NCBI GenBank assembly: GCA_050014495.1
Contig: JBEKDF010000048.1
Location: forward strand, 1-17,777
DNA: 17,777 nt
Direction: 5' to 3'
Source of the DNA: Candidatus Bathyarchaeia archaeon
GTDB lineage: Archaea; Thermoproteota; Bathyarchaeia; TCS64
Made by a program: the position numbers and the translations under genes. Each line of letters begins with the position of its first letter. Positions within the stretch are counted from its first letter, which is position 1. Below are positions 7,090 through 15,420 of the stretch, one piece after another. The notes under the pieces are model-generated. The model was not told where the DNA came from. It made no database searches and saw nothing but the letters and a program-made list of their open reading frames with translations.

Positions 7090-7558
7090 CTGCCTTGTCC
7101 CGTTATTGGTGTAAAATGGTTTTAAATACTCTTTATCCAAACAAGTCATCGAATGGACCCCATCGACGACCAGATCATCAACACCCTTAGAAACGGCAAA
7201 CTCATGAGTTTCGAAGATCTCCTCAATAAGCTGGGTGTTTCACACAACACACTCAGACTCCACCTCGACGCGATGGCCGAGAAAGGAGAGATCAAGAAGG
7301 AAAAACGACCCTCGAAGGGGCGTGGGAGGCCTAGCTATGCCTACTCCGCGGATTCGGTAACCGTAAGGCGGTCTGCTGCTCGCCTTAACCGGGTATCGGG
7401 TGTGGTTTCTCTGAGTTTTGAGAGGCTGAGTCAGGTCTGCAGGTTCGAGAAGGGCGGCTACTGTAAGAGGTTAAGAGGTAGGTGTTACGCCTCGGATTGC
7501 CCCCAAATTCGGTGAGGGGGATTATAACCATTTAAAACCATTTTAGGGAACAGGGCAG
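7090..7558. mobile_element. Putative non-autonomous inverted-repeat-bounded cassette carrying one HTH gene
   Basis: Perfect 16-bp inverted repeat TAAAATGGTTTTAAAT (7112-7127) / ATTTAAAACCATTTTA (7530-7545), plus an outer imperfect inverted repeat CTGCCTTGTCCCG (7090-7102) / GGGAACAGGGCAG (7546-7558). Confidence 0.55.
7153..7515 (+). CDS. Winged-HTH transcriptional regulator with a C-terminal four-Cys motif
   Basis: LGVSHNTLRLHLDAM...GRGRPSYAY HTH and wing; tail C-x7-C-x6-C-x4-C. TATA TTTTAAATA about 25-30 nt upstream. Confidence 0.85.
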   Translation: MDPIDDQIINTLRNGKLMSFEDLLNKLGVSHNTLRLHLDAMAEKGEIKKEKRPSKGRGRPSYAYSADSVTVRRSAARLNRVSGVVSLSFERLSQVCRFEKGGYCKRLRGRCYASDCPQIR

Positions 7559-8264
7559 TGCGCACTTGGAAAACACATGAAGCAGATCTCGGAATACCAT
7601 TTCCTCTTGTTCCGCCTTCGATATGAACAAGTCTAACGGGAGCCTCCTTTTTCAAATCCAATAAAAATATACCAAGTAGTTTGTTAGCGTTAGCTCGAGG
7701 TAGATGAATATCTACACCCGAATGACCACCGAGTAGACCAGAAATATCCAGTCTAAATTCAAGCCAATCTATGGTAGACTCGTAGGAATAAGGTATTTTA
7801 TATTGGGTTCCACTACCTCTAGCTGAGCCAATTATTATTACACCTGCTTCTTCACTATCTAAATTAATCATGTACTTCCCGGTGAAGAAACCAGCCTTCA
7901 TACTAAGTGCGCCTTTTAGACCAGTTTCCTCCTCAACCGTCATTAAGGCTTCAATTTTACCATATTTTGTTAATTTTTGATCACAAAGTAAACCCATCGA
8001 AACTGCTAAGCCAATTCCGTTGTCTGCGACCAGACTTGTACCATCGGACTTTACTATATTTCCTTCGACTCTTACAGGTATTGGGTCCTTATCGAAGTTG
8101 TGCGCGTACGCGCGCTTTCTTGAAGCTAATGTTATTTACACTAGCCCAATTTTCCAACCAATTCTGAAGATCTTTTTCTTTACCTGAACAACGTGGAATC
8201 TTGGAGATTTTTTTTTAAATATTGACCAAGCTAATTCTGGTTCGAGCCCATCGAGTGTTGACAT
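7558..8264 (-). pseudogene. pepD: Aminoacyl-histidine dipeptidase (M20C) pseudogene
   Basis: N-terminus from ATG 8264 (MSTLDGLEPELAWSIF../ISKIPRCSGKEK) with an A9 frameshift. Internal deletion at 8099-8115. Then HNFDKDPI, ADNGIG, TVEEETG, NLDSEE, GGHSGVDI and RANANK. 3' truncated at about 7560. Confidence 0.88.
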
Positions 8265-8394
8265 TATTTTTCACTGCCTCTATAATCTTTTATAAAATAT
8301 TTACAATTTTCTATAGTAACAAAATTTATTCCAAATTAGATTCTAAACTTTCATAATAAAATTTTTTTACTAAATGCATACCTATTTATTTGGT

Positions 8395-9534
8395 ATGTCT
8401 GAAAAGAAATTAAATGATAGAGATCTTGACGACTTCCTCTCCGGCGCTTTAATTCTCGGAACAGGAGGAGGTGGAGGAATCGATTGGGGAAAAAACATGC
8501 TCAATTGGATAAAAGAACATGATAAAATTATTTCAATTATTGATCCTCAAAAAATACCTCAGGATGCTCTTATTGTGGGGGCTGCAGGGGTAGGAGGAGG
8601 AATTACTAAAGAAGAGAGAGAGAAGATTGAGAAAAAATTCGGACCACTCCCAGGGACGAGTGCATACCTTACCACCTCCATTATGGCTGATAAAATGATG
8701 GTTGGACACTTCGGGGAAGATATATCTGCCTATCTAGCCTTTGAACTAGGTTGTGGCAACACAGTTCTGCCCGCTTGTATCGCCGCTATGAATAACAAGC
8801 CACTTGTAGATGGAGACTGTAATGGAAGAGCTGTCCCAGAAATAGAATTATGCACCCTGAACGTTTGTGGGTTTCCATTTACACCAATTGCGATAGTCAC
8901 TCCATATTCAGAAACGATGCTAGTCACACATGTATATGACTATAGCAGAGCTGAGGACATCTGCAGAGCAATGGCCGTTGTCTCAGGAGGAGGATGTATG
9001 ACGATGGGTTCTCCCATAAGGGGAAAGGACCTATCAAAATCAATCGTGAAAAATAGTGTCTCGGGATCAATCAAGTTGGGTCAGTCAATAAGAGAGTCAA
9101 ATGATAAGGGAAAAGACCCTGTAGAAGCCGCTGTGAAAGCATTAGGTGGTAATCTTCTATTTAGAGGAAAAATAAAGCAATTCCAAAGAGAAGAGAGGGG
9201 AGGATTTATGTGGGGAGAACACAACTACGAGGGTACAGGAGATTTTTCAAACCATAAATTTAGGGTTGTGTATAAAAATGAGAACCTCTTATCATGGCTC
9301 GATGGTTTGCCTTATGTGACTTGCCCTGATCTAATTTGTGTCTTAGATGCTAAAGATGGAAAAGGGCTATCGAACTGGGGAAATGACTTTATTACTGGTA
9401 GAGAAGTTGCTGTAATAGGATACAAGATAGATCCCATTTGGCGCACAAAGAGAGGACTTGAGATATTTAGTCCAGCTCACTTTGGATATGATATAAAATA
9501 TAGACCAATCGAGAATGTCGTAACTAAGCCTTAA
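8395..9534 (+). CDS. DUF917 family protein
   Basis: GALILGTGGGG, ELGCGN, DGDCNGRAVPE and YKNENL...VTCPDLI motifs. Start 8395 or 8374. Confidence 0.9.
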   Translation: MSEKKLNDRDLDDFLSGALILGTGGGGGIDWGKNMLNWIKEHDKIISIIDPQKIPQDALIVGAAGVGGGITKEEREKIEKKFGPLPGTSAYLTTSIMADKMMVGHFGEDISAYLAFELGCGNTVLPACIAAMNNKPLVDGDCNGRAVPEIELCTLNVCGFPFTPIAIVTPYSETMLVTHVYDYSRAEDICRAMAVVSGGGCMTMGSPIRGKDLSKSIVKNSVSGSIKLGQSIRESNDKGKDPVEAAVKALGGNLLFRGKIKQFQREERGGFMWGEHNYEGTGDFSNHKFRVVYKNENLLSWLDGLPYVTCPDLICVLDAKDGKGLSNWGNDFITGREVAVIGYKIDPIWRTKRGLEIFSPAHFGYDIKYRPIENVVTKP

Positions 9535-9594
9535 ACCCGATTCCCCTTTTAAATAGTGATAATTGAGGTTCTGAAAAAATCGATTAAAAATTAA

Positions 9595-10632
9595 TTAATC
9601 TTTGTCCCTTGTGAAAACGTATGCAACATTTGCTCCTGTTTGTACACACTGCAGAGCCCCTGAAGTTCCCAAAGATTCTCCACACGAATATGCCCACGTA
9701 TATCCGTCAACTGGCATTCTAATCTTTTCAATGACATCTCCATATAGATCAAATATTTCCGCGAAGACCTCGTCTTTGTTAATCAACTCACCGGGCTTCT
9801 TGAAGAAGCGAATGAGACCACCTTTGTTAGCTCGGATAGGGCCATATCCTCTGCACTTGCCTTCAATAATCGTGAATCCTCCCTGAGGTTCTATGGCTCC
9901 CTCAATCATATTGAAGGTTTTCATTGTGTTGAGGACTCCCTTTACTCCAGCGGTTGTGGATGGTTCAGAGATCCATCTTCCATCAATAAGCTCTATAAGC
10001 AATACAGGTACCCCCTTTTTCCCGGCAAGATTTCCTAATGTCGGCGGAGCATCTTCGTTTAAAGGAGTATCTGACCACATCGTTGTTATTCCGAAAGATT
10101 TAGCCATTTTTATTAGGGCTTCCTTGGTTTTTGGGTTACCTATATTGATTCCCTGCCAGATGAGGGAGTCAGGACGTGTATTGCAGTGAATATTTATTAC
10201 CAAGTCAGCTTTACTCCATGCCTCTTTCCAGAGGGCATAAGCAAGCCGCTCCGTGGAATTTCCATTAGGTCTATCAGCGGTTAGCAAGCTTCCGCTTCCA
10301 CCACCACCGAGATCAAGATTGTCTATCCACGAGAGATACTGATAATGCATGTATGCAAGAGGATTCTCAACGGGAATTCCTATAATTGCCCCTCTCAATT
10401 TGGTGGGATCAATCTTTTCCCTAATCACTTTTTGAATTACTTCAATTCCCTGAATCTCAATTCCATGCTGTGTCGACACCATTAAGAGTGTAGGGCCCTC
10501 AAATGCACCATTTAAAACCAACACAGGTATATCGATACGGGTATTATTGTTAAGTTCAATCCCTTTAATTATCCCTTTTTTCAATTCGCCTCTGCTAGCT
10601 GACACGTTTCCAACTTCGATTTTTTCAGACAT
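9595..10632 (-). CDS. Succinylglutamate desuccinylase/aspartoacylase-like (M14 AstE/AspA) protein
   Basis: GPTLLMVSTQHGIE, ENP, TERLA, INIH and IEL motifs, plus a C-terminal biotinyl/lipoyl-like domain. Confidence 0.85.
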   Translation of the reverse strand: MSEKIEVGNVSASRGELKKGIIKGIELNNNTRIDIPVLVLNGAFEGPTLLMVSTQHGIEIQGIEVIQKVIREKIDPTKLRGAIIGIPVENPLAYMHYQYLSWIDNLDLGGGGSGSLLTADRPNGNSTERLAYALWKEAWSKADLVINIHCNTRPDSLIWQGINIGNPKTKEALIKMAKSFGITTMWSDTPLNEDAPPTLGNLAGKKGVPVLLIELIDGRWISEPSTTAGVKGVLNTMKTFNMIEGAIEPQGGFTIIEGKCRGYGPIRANKGGLIRFFKKPGELINKDEVFAEIFDLYGDVIEKIRMPVDGYTWAYSCGESLGTSGALQCVQTGANVAYVFTRDKD

Positions 10633-10745
10633 ACAACCACAAGAAAAATCTTCAAATTAATATTTAAAACATTTTAATGAAATATTTAGCAGGTTAATTA
10701 TTTATTATCAAGGATACTTGCGTACATTTGAATACATTGAGTACG

Positions 10746-11786
10746 ATGGAGGAACGAACTCTAGGTAGGACAGGCCTCAGAGTGAAAAGGTTAGGCTTTG
10801 GTGGTATTCCCATACAGAGAGTGACTGAAAATGAAGCTATCGACGTTGTTCGAGGCTGTTATGAGATTGGCATAAATTTCTTCGATACCGCAAGGGCTTA
10901 TACTACCAGCGAAAAAAGAATCGGCAAAGCTTTAAAAGATGTTAGAGAAAAGGTGATTATTGCTACTAAAACCGTTAAACGTACAAAATTAGAGTTACTA
11001 AAGGATTTAGAAACTAGTCTAAATGAACTACAGACAGAATGGATCGATTTATATCAGTTACATATGGTATCTAAAGCTGATGAATGGAAACAGATATCTA
11101 GTGATGGTGGAGCTTTAGACGGCTTATACGAAGCAAAAGATTTAGGAAAAATAAATCATATAGGGATAACTAGTCACAATCCAGAATTAATGATTGAGGT
11201 CTTGAAGGAGAATATATTTGAAACGGTTATGGTGCAGTTCAATTATCTTACACCAAGTCCTGCCGAAGAATTACTTCCATGGTGTAAAAGAAATAAAATA
11301 GGGACTATCGCAATGAAGCCTATGGGAGGGGGTGCTTTAAGCGATAAGAATACCGCATTAAAATATGCAGTTAATAATAATGATCTAGATATCATAATAC
11401 CGGGAATGATGAGTTTAAACGAAGTTAAACAAAATTTTGAAGTAACTTCCGAGAATACACTCATCGATAAAAATGATTTAGATATCATTGAAAAAGATAA
11501 GAAAGAATTAGGTAACGAGTTTTGTAGAGCCTGTGATTATTGTAAGCCTTGTCCACAAGGTATCTCAATATCTTTCGTATTAAGAGCTGAAAAACAATTA
11601 ATACGACTTTCAGGGTGGAACCCTCGATTCGAAAAACAAATCCCCGAAGAAAACAAGAAGGTAGCAACATGCCTACAGTGCGGCGAATGTGAAATGAGGT
11701 GTCCCTATCAATTACCTATACATGAGCTATTGCCTAAAAAAATGGAGGCTCTAATGCGACGTTACAAATTAGAGACCGGCTTATGA
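10746..11786 (+). CDS. Aldo/keto reductase with a C-terminal 4Fe-4S dicluster domain
   Basis: LGRTG, GINFFDTARAY, ATK, IDLYQLH and AMKPMGGG; CRACDYCKPCP and CLQCGECEMRCP. Start 10746 or 10728. Confidence 0.92.
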   Translation: MEERTLGRTGLRVKRLGFGGIPIQRVTENEAIDVVRGCYEIGINFFDTARAYTTSEKRIGKALKDVREKVIIATKTVKRTKLELLKDLETSLNELQTEWIDLYQLHMVSKADEWKQISSDGGALDGLYEAKDLGKINHIGITSHNPELMIEVLKENIFETVMVQFNYLTPSPAEELLPWCKRNKIGTIAMKPMGGGALSDKNTALKYAVNNNDLDIIIPGMMSLNEVKQNFEVTSENTLIDKNDLDIIEKDKKELGNEFCRACDYCKPCPQGISISFVLRAEKQLIRLSGWNPRFEKQIPEENKKVATCLQCGECEMRCPYQLPIHELLPKKMEALMRRYKLETGL

Positions 11787-11862
11787 CAAATTGAGTCTAA
11801 AATCATAGAATACCATGAATCTTAAACTCATGAACAGTATAGTAATATACGGGGTAAACAAA

Positions 11863-13047
11863 ATGAAAAGCTTAACAAAGAGAGACCTTTGGTACTCGGT
11901 CATAGGCGGAGCAGCCTTATCTACAGGTGGGGGAGGAGCCCCGGTTTCTTATGAACAGTTTAGTGAAGCGATTGATCCCGTTATCCAATCTGAATGCAAA
12001 CTCAATTTGATAGATGCGGCCTCAGTCCCTGATGAAGAATTGGTATTTATCAGTGCAGGCGTAGGTGGGGGGCTTGAAAGGGAATTATCTGAAAAATATA
12101 TGCGGCGTTTTACGAGCGTTCAAGATTGGATAAAGGAGATGGATAGAATTTATCCACTTCCCTCATGGGCCGAGAAACCTGATGATGATTGGTTGATGAT
12201 GCCACACAAGAAAATGGTCGAATTGAAGGAAAAAGAAGCGTTTGCATATATGCCCTTCGAAATTGGTCCAAATAATTATCGAGAGTTCATAAGGGCAGGT
12301 ATGCTGGGAATACCAGTGATTGACGCCGACAATGCTGGCTGCAGAGCGGTCCCAGAGATATCATTAGCCACCTTAAATGTTGTAAATGCCCCTATTGCAC
12401 CTGCGGTAACTTGCACATCCTGGGGAGATATGGCAATCTTTGAAAAGTTCCTTAGTTGGCAGAGAGCTGAGGATCTGATAAGGCACATGGCCATTATCTC
12501 TGGTGGTGGATGTTCAGGGATGTTGTGCTTCTCTGGACAATGGATAAAGAAAGGTGTTGTGGATGGCACTCTATCTCTTTCAATGAGATTGGGCGAAGCT
12601 ATAAGTAATGCAAGAGAGAAGAAACATGATCCTGTAGAGGCCATAATCAATACAACTAAAGGCTATGTTTTATTCAAGGGAGAAATAGCTGCCTACACTA
12701 ATGAAGGAAAAAGCGCATTTACTTGGGGAAATGCTTGGATTAAGGGTAAAGATGCTTATGAAGGAAAGACATATCGACTTTGGTATAAAAATGAGAACCA
12801 GATAAGTTGGATAAACGATGTACCATATGTAACATGCCCAGACCCATTCACAGTTGTTGACAGCGATAGCGGGGAAGGTCTATCTAATTTTACACCAACA
12901 AGTTGGAATCAAGGAAGGAAAGTAACGGTGTGGGGAATGAAGTCAGCGTCTCTCTGGAGAACACCTCGAGGTCTGAAAATTTATAATCCCAAACACTTTG
13001 GCTTCGACATCGGATATAAACCAATAGAGGATATTACTAAAAATTAA
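11863..13047 (+). CDS. DUF917 family protein (second, divergent paralog)
   Basis: GGAALSTGGGG, EIGP, DADNAGCRAVPE, YKNENQ...VTCPD and PKHFG. Start 11863 (GGGGT RBS) or 11815. Confidence 0.88.
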   Translation: MKSLTKRDLWYSVIGGAALSTGGGGAPVSYEQFSEAIDPVIQSECKLNLIDAASVPDEELVFISAGVGGGLERELSEKYMRRFTSVQDWIKEMDRIYPLPSWAEKPDDDWLMMPHKKMVELKEKEAFAYMPFEIGPNNYREFIRAGMLGIPVIDADNAGCRAVPEISLATLNVVNAPIAPAVTCTSWGDMAIFEKFLSWQRAEDLIRHMAIISGGGCSGMLCFSGQWIKKGVVDGTLSLSMRLGEAISNAREKKHDPVEAIINTTKGYVLFKGEIAAYTNEGKSAFTWGNAWIKGKDAYEGKTYRLWYKNENQISWINDVPYVTCPDPFTVVDSDSGEGLSNFTPTSWNQGRKVTVWGMKSASLWRTPRGLKIYNPKHFGFDIGYKPIEDITKN

Positions 13048-13069
13048 CCTAGTCCAGGTATCTCCTCTC

Positions 13070-13860
13070 GATTTTTTAAATTCTTTCTTGAAAGAAATAG
13101 AATAAAGAGAGGGTCTCCTGACTTGATCATTAAACCTTGTATGTATTAGCTTTCGTATTTGATGATATAGATCTGTCTTTATTCCATACTCGAGCTTCGG
13201 GTGGTCTTAGTATGTGTCAAGAAGCCCGAGGTAATCGTCAGCATTATATGTTATACTCCATGGGTACTCCTTTGTAGTCACCTCGCTAAAGAGACCAGAT
13301 TCCTCGATCTGACGCCTCGTCTACTGTACCCACATAGCTGTTGACGGTTTGTCCCGTAGAGAAGACCAATCTAGGACTAATTTTTTATATATTTCCTGTA
13401 CATCCAGGAAGAAACCGGTGTATGGTGAGGGATGGAGGTTCCAAAAGAGTGCAATGACCCCGTTGTCCTTCAAGACCTCATCAGCCTTTTTAAAACCAAT
13501 ACCCTGTTTTATCCAGTGCCATGAAGTTGCAGCAATTAAGAGATCGAAGTTTCTATTCGTTTTCCAATTTTCGAAATACGTAGTAATGAAATCTACGTCT
13601 AATCCTTTACATCTTACTTTAGCAACCTCGACAAGGTTTAAACCAAGTTCGATGGCAGTAACCTTGTATCCTCGTAAAGCGAATGGAAGCGTAGCCTGTC
13701 CGGTGCCGCAGCCAATCTCTAAAATACTGCCTCCTGGAGGTATCTGCGAGTAATCGAATATGTCTTCAATAAGTTCCTTAGGGTATCCGGGACGAACACT
13801 ATTATAAGCTTGAGCATCCTCATTAAATGATTCTGAATACTCCCTGGGAAACCTGAACAT
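13070..13860 (-). pseudogene. Class I SAM-dependent methyltransferase pseudogene
   Basis: RPGYP, LEIGCGTG and SWHW motifs. Homology continues past the TAG at 13321 (IEESGLFSEV..YPWS), through a frameshift near 13250 (YNADDYLGLLDTY*DH), a second stop at 13207-13209 and a further frameshift near 13113. The 3' end is approximate. Confidence 0.82.
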
Positions 13861-13936
13861 ACACTACATATTGGTTTTTCCTTTAAAAAATTATTTTATT
13901 TTACATTAATTTCGCCAGTGCATAGAGGAAAGGGGA

Positions 13937-14605
13937 TCATTCTACTATTTCCATAAGCACTCTCCCAACTAGGGTACTGCTTTGTATTACAGGCTTCTTA
14001 GTGATTTCTTTCACAATCAATTTCATCTTATGTGTGAACCCCATACAATTTAAGAAAACTAGATCAACGTTCTCCTTAGAGACCCTCTTAGCCATATTCT
14101 CTACTTCATTTATTGAACCGTAAGGTGAAGCAGAGTCATAATATACTTTCAACTCTAAACCGTATAAATCCGATGCCATTTTCGGTATCTGCTCTTTTGC
14201 GGGGAGAATAACCGCCAATTTTCCTCGTCTAAGAGAAGCAGCGATGGTGCCTCTAACGATCTCTGAAGGTTGAATGATTAAGTGCTTAGAGTTAAAATCA
14301 GGAAATTTACCTGTGCAAAGAAGTAATATTATCTCAATATTCTTTTCCTCAAGATAATCTACGCAGTTCTGGATTTTTGACACAATGAACTCATGAGAAA
14401 CCTTCATTTCTTGACCGTTTCTGAGCCTTGTAACTAGTAAGCGTTCCCCAGGCTGTAGCTTTATCTTTCCTAACTCTTCGGGTAAGTAATCATCAAGTGC
14501 CCCCTTCTCAACAATCTCGTACTCTCCTCCAATGACTCTTTGGATTTCTTCTATGACATCCGGTCTGGGGGATTGTCCTATTGTGATTATTCCGATTCGT
14601 TTCAT
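13937..14605 (-). CDS. aroM: AroM family protein
   Basis: GIITIGQSPRPD, LVTRLRNG, LLCTGKFP, ASPY and LNCMGF motifs. Confidence 0.88.
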   Translation of the reverse strand: MKRIGIITIGQSPRPDVIEEIQRVIGGEYEIVEKGALDDYLPEELGKIKLQPGERLLVTRLRNGQEMKVSHEFIVSKIQNCVDYLEEKNIEIILLLCTGKFPDFNSKHLIIQPSEIVRGTIAASLRRGKLAVILPAKEQIPKMASDLYGLELKVYYDSASPYGSINEVENMAKRVSKENVDLVFLNCMGFTHKMKLIVKEITKKPVIQSSTLVGRVLMEIVE

Positions 14606-14694
14606 GGCAAATTAATAATTCACCATATTATAAATATCTTTTTTAACAAAAAATATAATAACTTAAAAAAATGGTATTTAATTTCGAGTTAAAC

Positions 14695-15408
14695 ATGAAG
14701 CTTAGAATAATTACCCCTGTACTTGGTGTTAAAAGAACAAACCCTGAAGAGTATATCTCGAAGCTGAGAAAATACTCAGGCATTGATGAAAAAACTGAAC
14801 TTGATGTGGTTAGGGTTGAAAAAGGTCCTGCCTCGATAGAATCAAGATATGATGAGACTTTTGCCATTCCCTCAGTGTTATCAATTATAAAAAACTCTCT
14901 CGAAATTGACGGAATCGTAGTAAATTGTTTCGCAGATCCTGGAGTCAATGCAGGAAGGGAAATATCAGATATTCCAATCTTAGGTCCTGGTCAATCCTCG
15001 ATGCTCATTGCTTCCGCGTTATGTGATAAGTTTTCCATCATTACTATTCTTAAAAATATTGTACCTGAGCTAAATGAACACGCTAGACAATATGGACTTC
15101 AAGGGAAGCTTTCGTCGATTAGAGCCATCGATGTTCCTGTTCTTGATCTTCACAATAGCGAGGAAATAACCATCAAGAAACTGATTGAAGAAGGCAAAAA
15201 AGCAATTACGGAGGATGGTGCTGAGGTGCTTATACTGGGATGTACAGGATTTACTGGTATGGCGGATACAATATCTCAAAAACTTGGAGTATACGTTATC
15301 GATCCATTGCCAACGGCATTAAAACTTGCTGAAACCCTAGCTTGTCTAAAATTATCTCATAGCAAAATCACATATCCTCAGCCGCCAAAGAAAATAATTG
15401 TGACATAA
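14695..15408 (+). CDS. Asp/Glu/hydantoin racemase family (hydantoin-racemase-like)
   Basis: GPASIES, NCFADPG and ILGCTG with both catalytic Cys; divergent from aroM. Start 14695 or 14671. Confidence 0.9.
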   Translation: MKLRIITPVLGVKRTNPEEYISKLRKYSGIDEKTELDVVRVEKGPASIESRYDETFAIPSVLSIIKNSLEIDGIVVNCFADPGVNAGREISDIPILGPGQSSMLIASALCDKFSIITILKNIVPELNEHARQYGLQGKLSSIRAIDVPVLDLHNSEEITIKKLIEEGKKAITEDGAEVLILGCTGFTGMADTISQKLGVYVIDPLPTALKLAETLACLKLSHSKITYPQPPKKIIVT

Positions 15409-15420
15409 AATTTGAGGAAC

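Larger units (their letters stand above)
5785..7091 (-). mobile_element. IS110-family insertion sequence with CT core at both junctions and about 20-bp sub-terminal inverted repeats
   Basis: Junctions GCGCGCTT-CT-ATGAGAACG and TTCTCATACCGT-CT-GCCTT. Inverted repeats at 5787-5806 and 7064-7084. Markedly higher GC than the flanks. Confidence 0.88.

Noticed and set aside
5782..7096. Alternative IS boundary using a CTT duplication (5782-5784 and 7094-7096)
   Set aside because: It would put target and donor guides in the same loop and split the conserved GCCTTGTCCC end motif. The CT/TCT core fits better, although an empty allele is needed for proof.
7485..7997. 170-aa ORF as an intact peptidase
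   Set aside because: It is an internal pepD fragment whose tail reads into the cassette's inverted repeat.
13321..13323. In-frame TAG in the methyltransferase as possible pyrrolysine or readthrough
   Set aside because: Downstream homology also contains frameshifts and a TAA stop, which indicates ordinary pseudogenisation.
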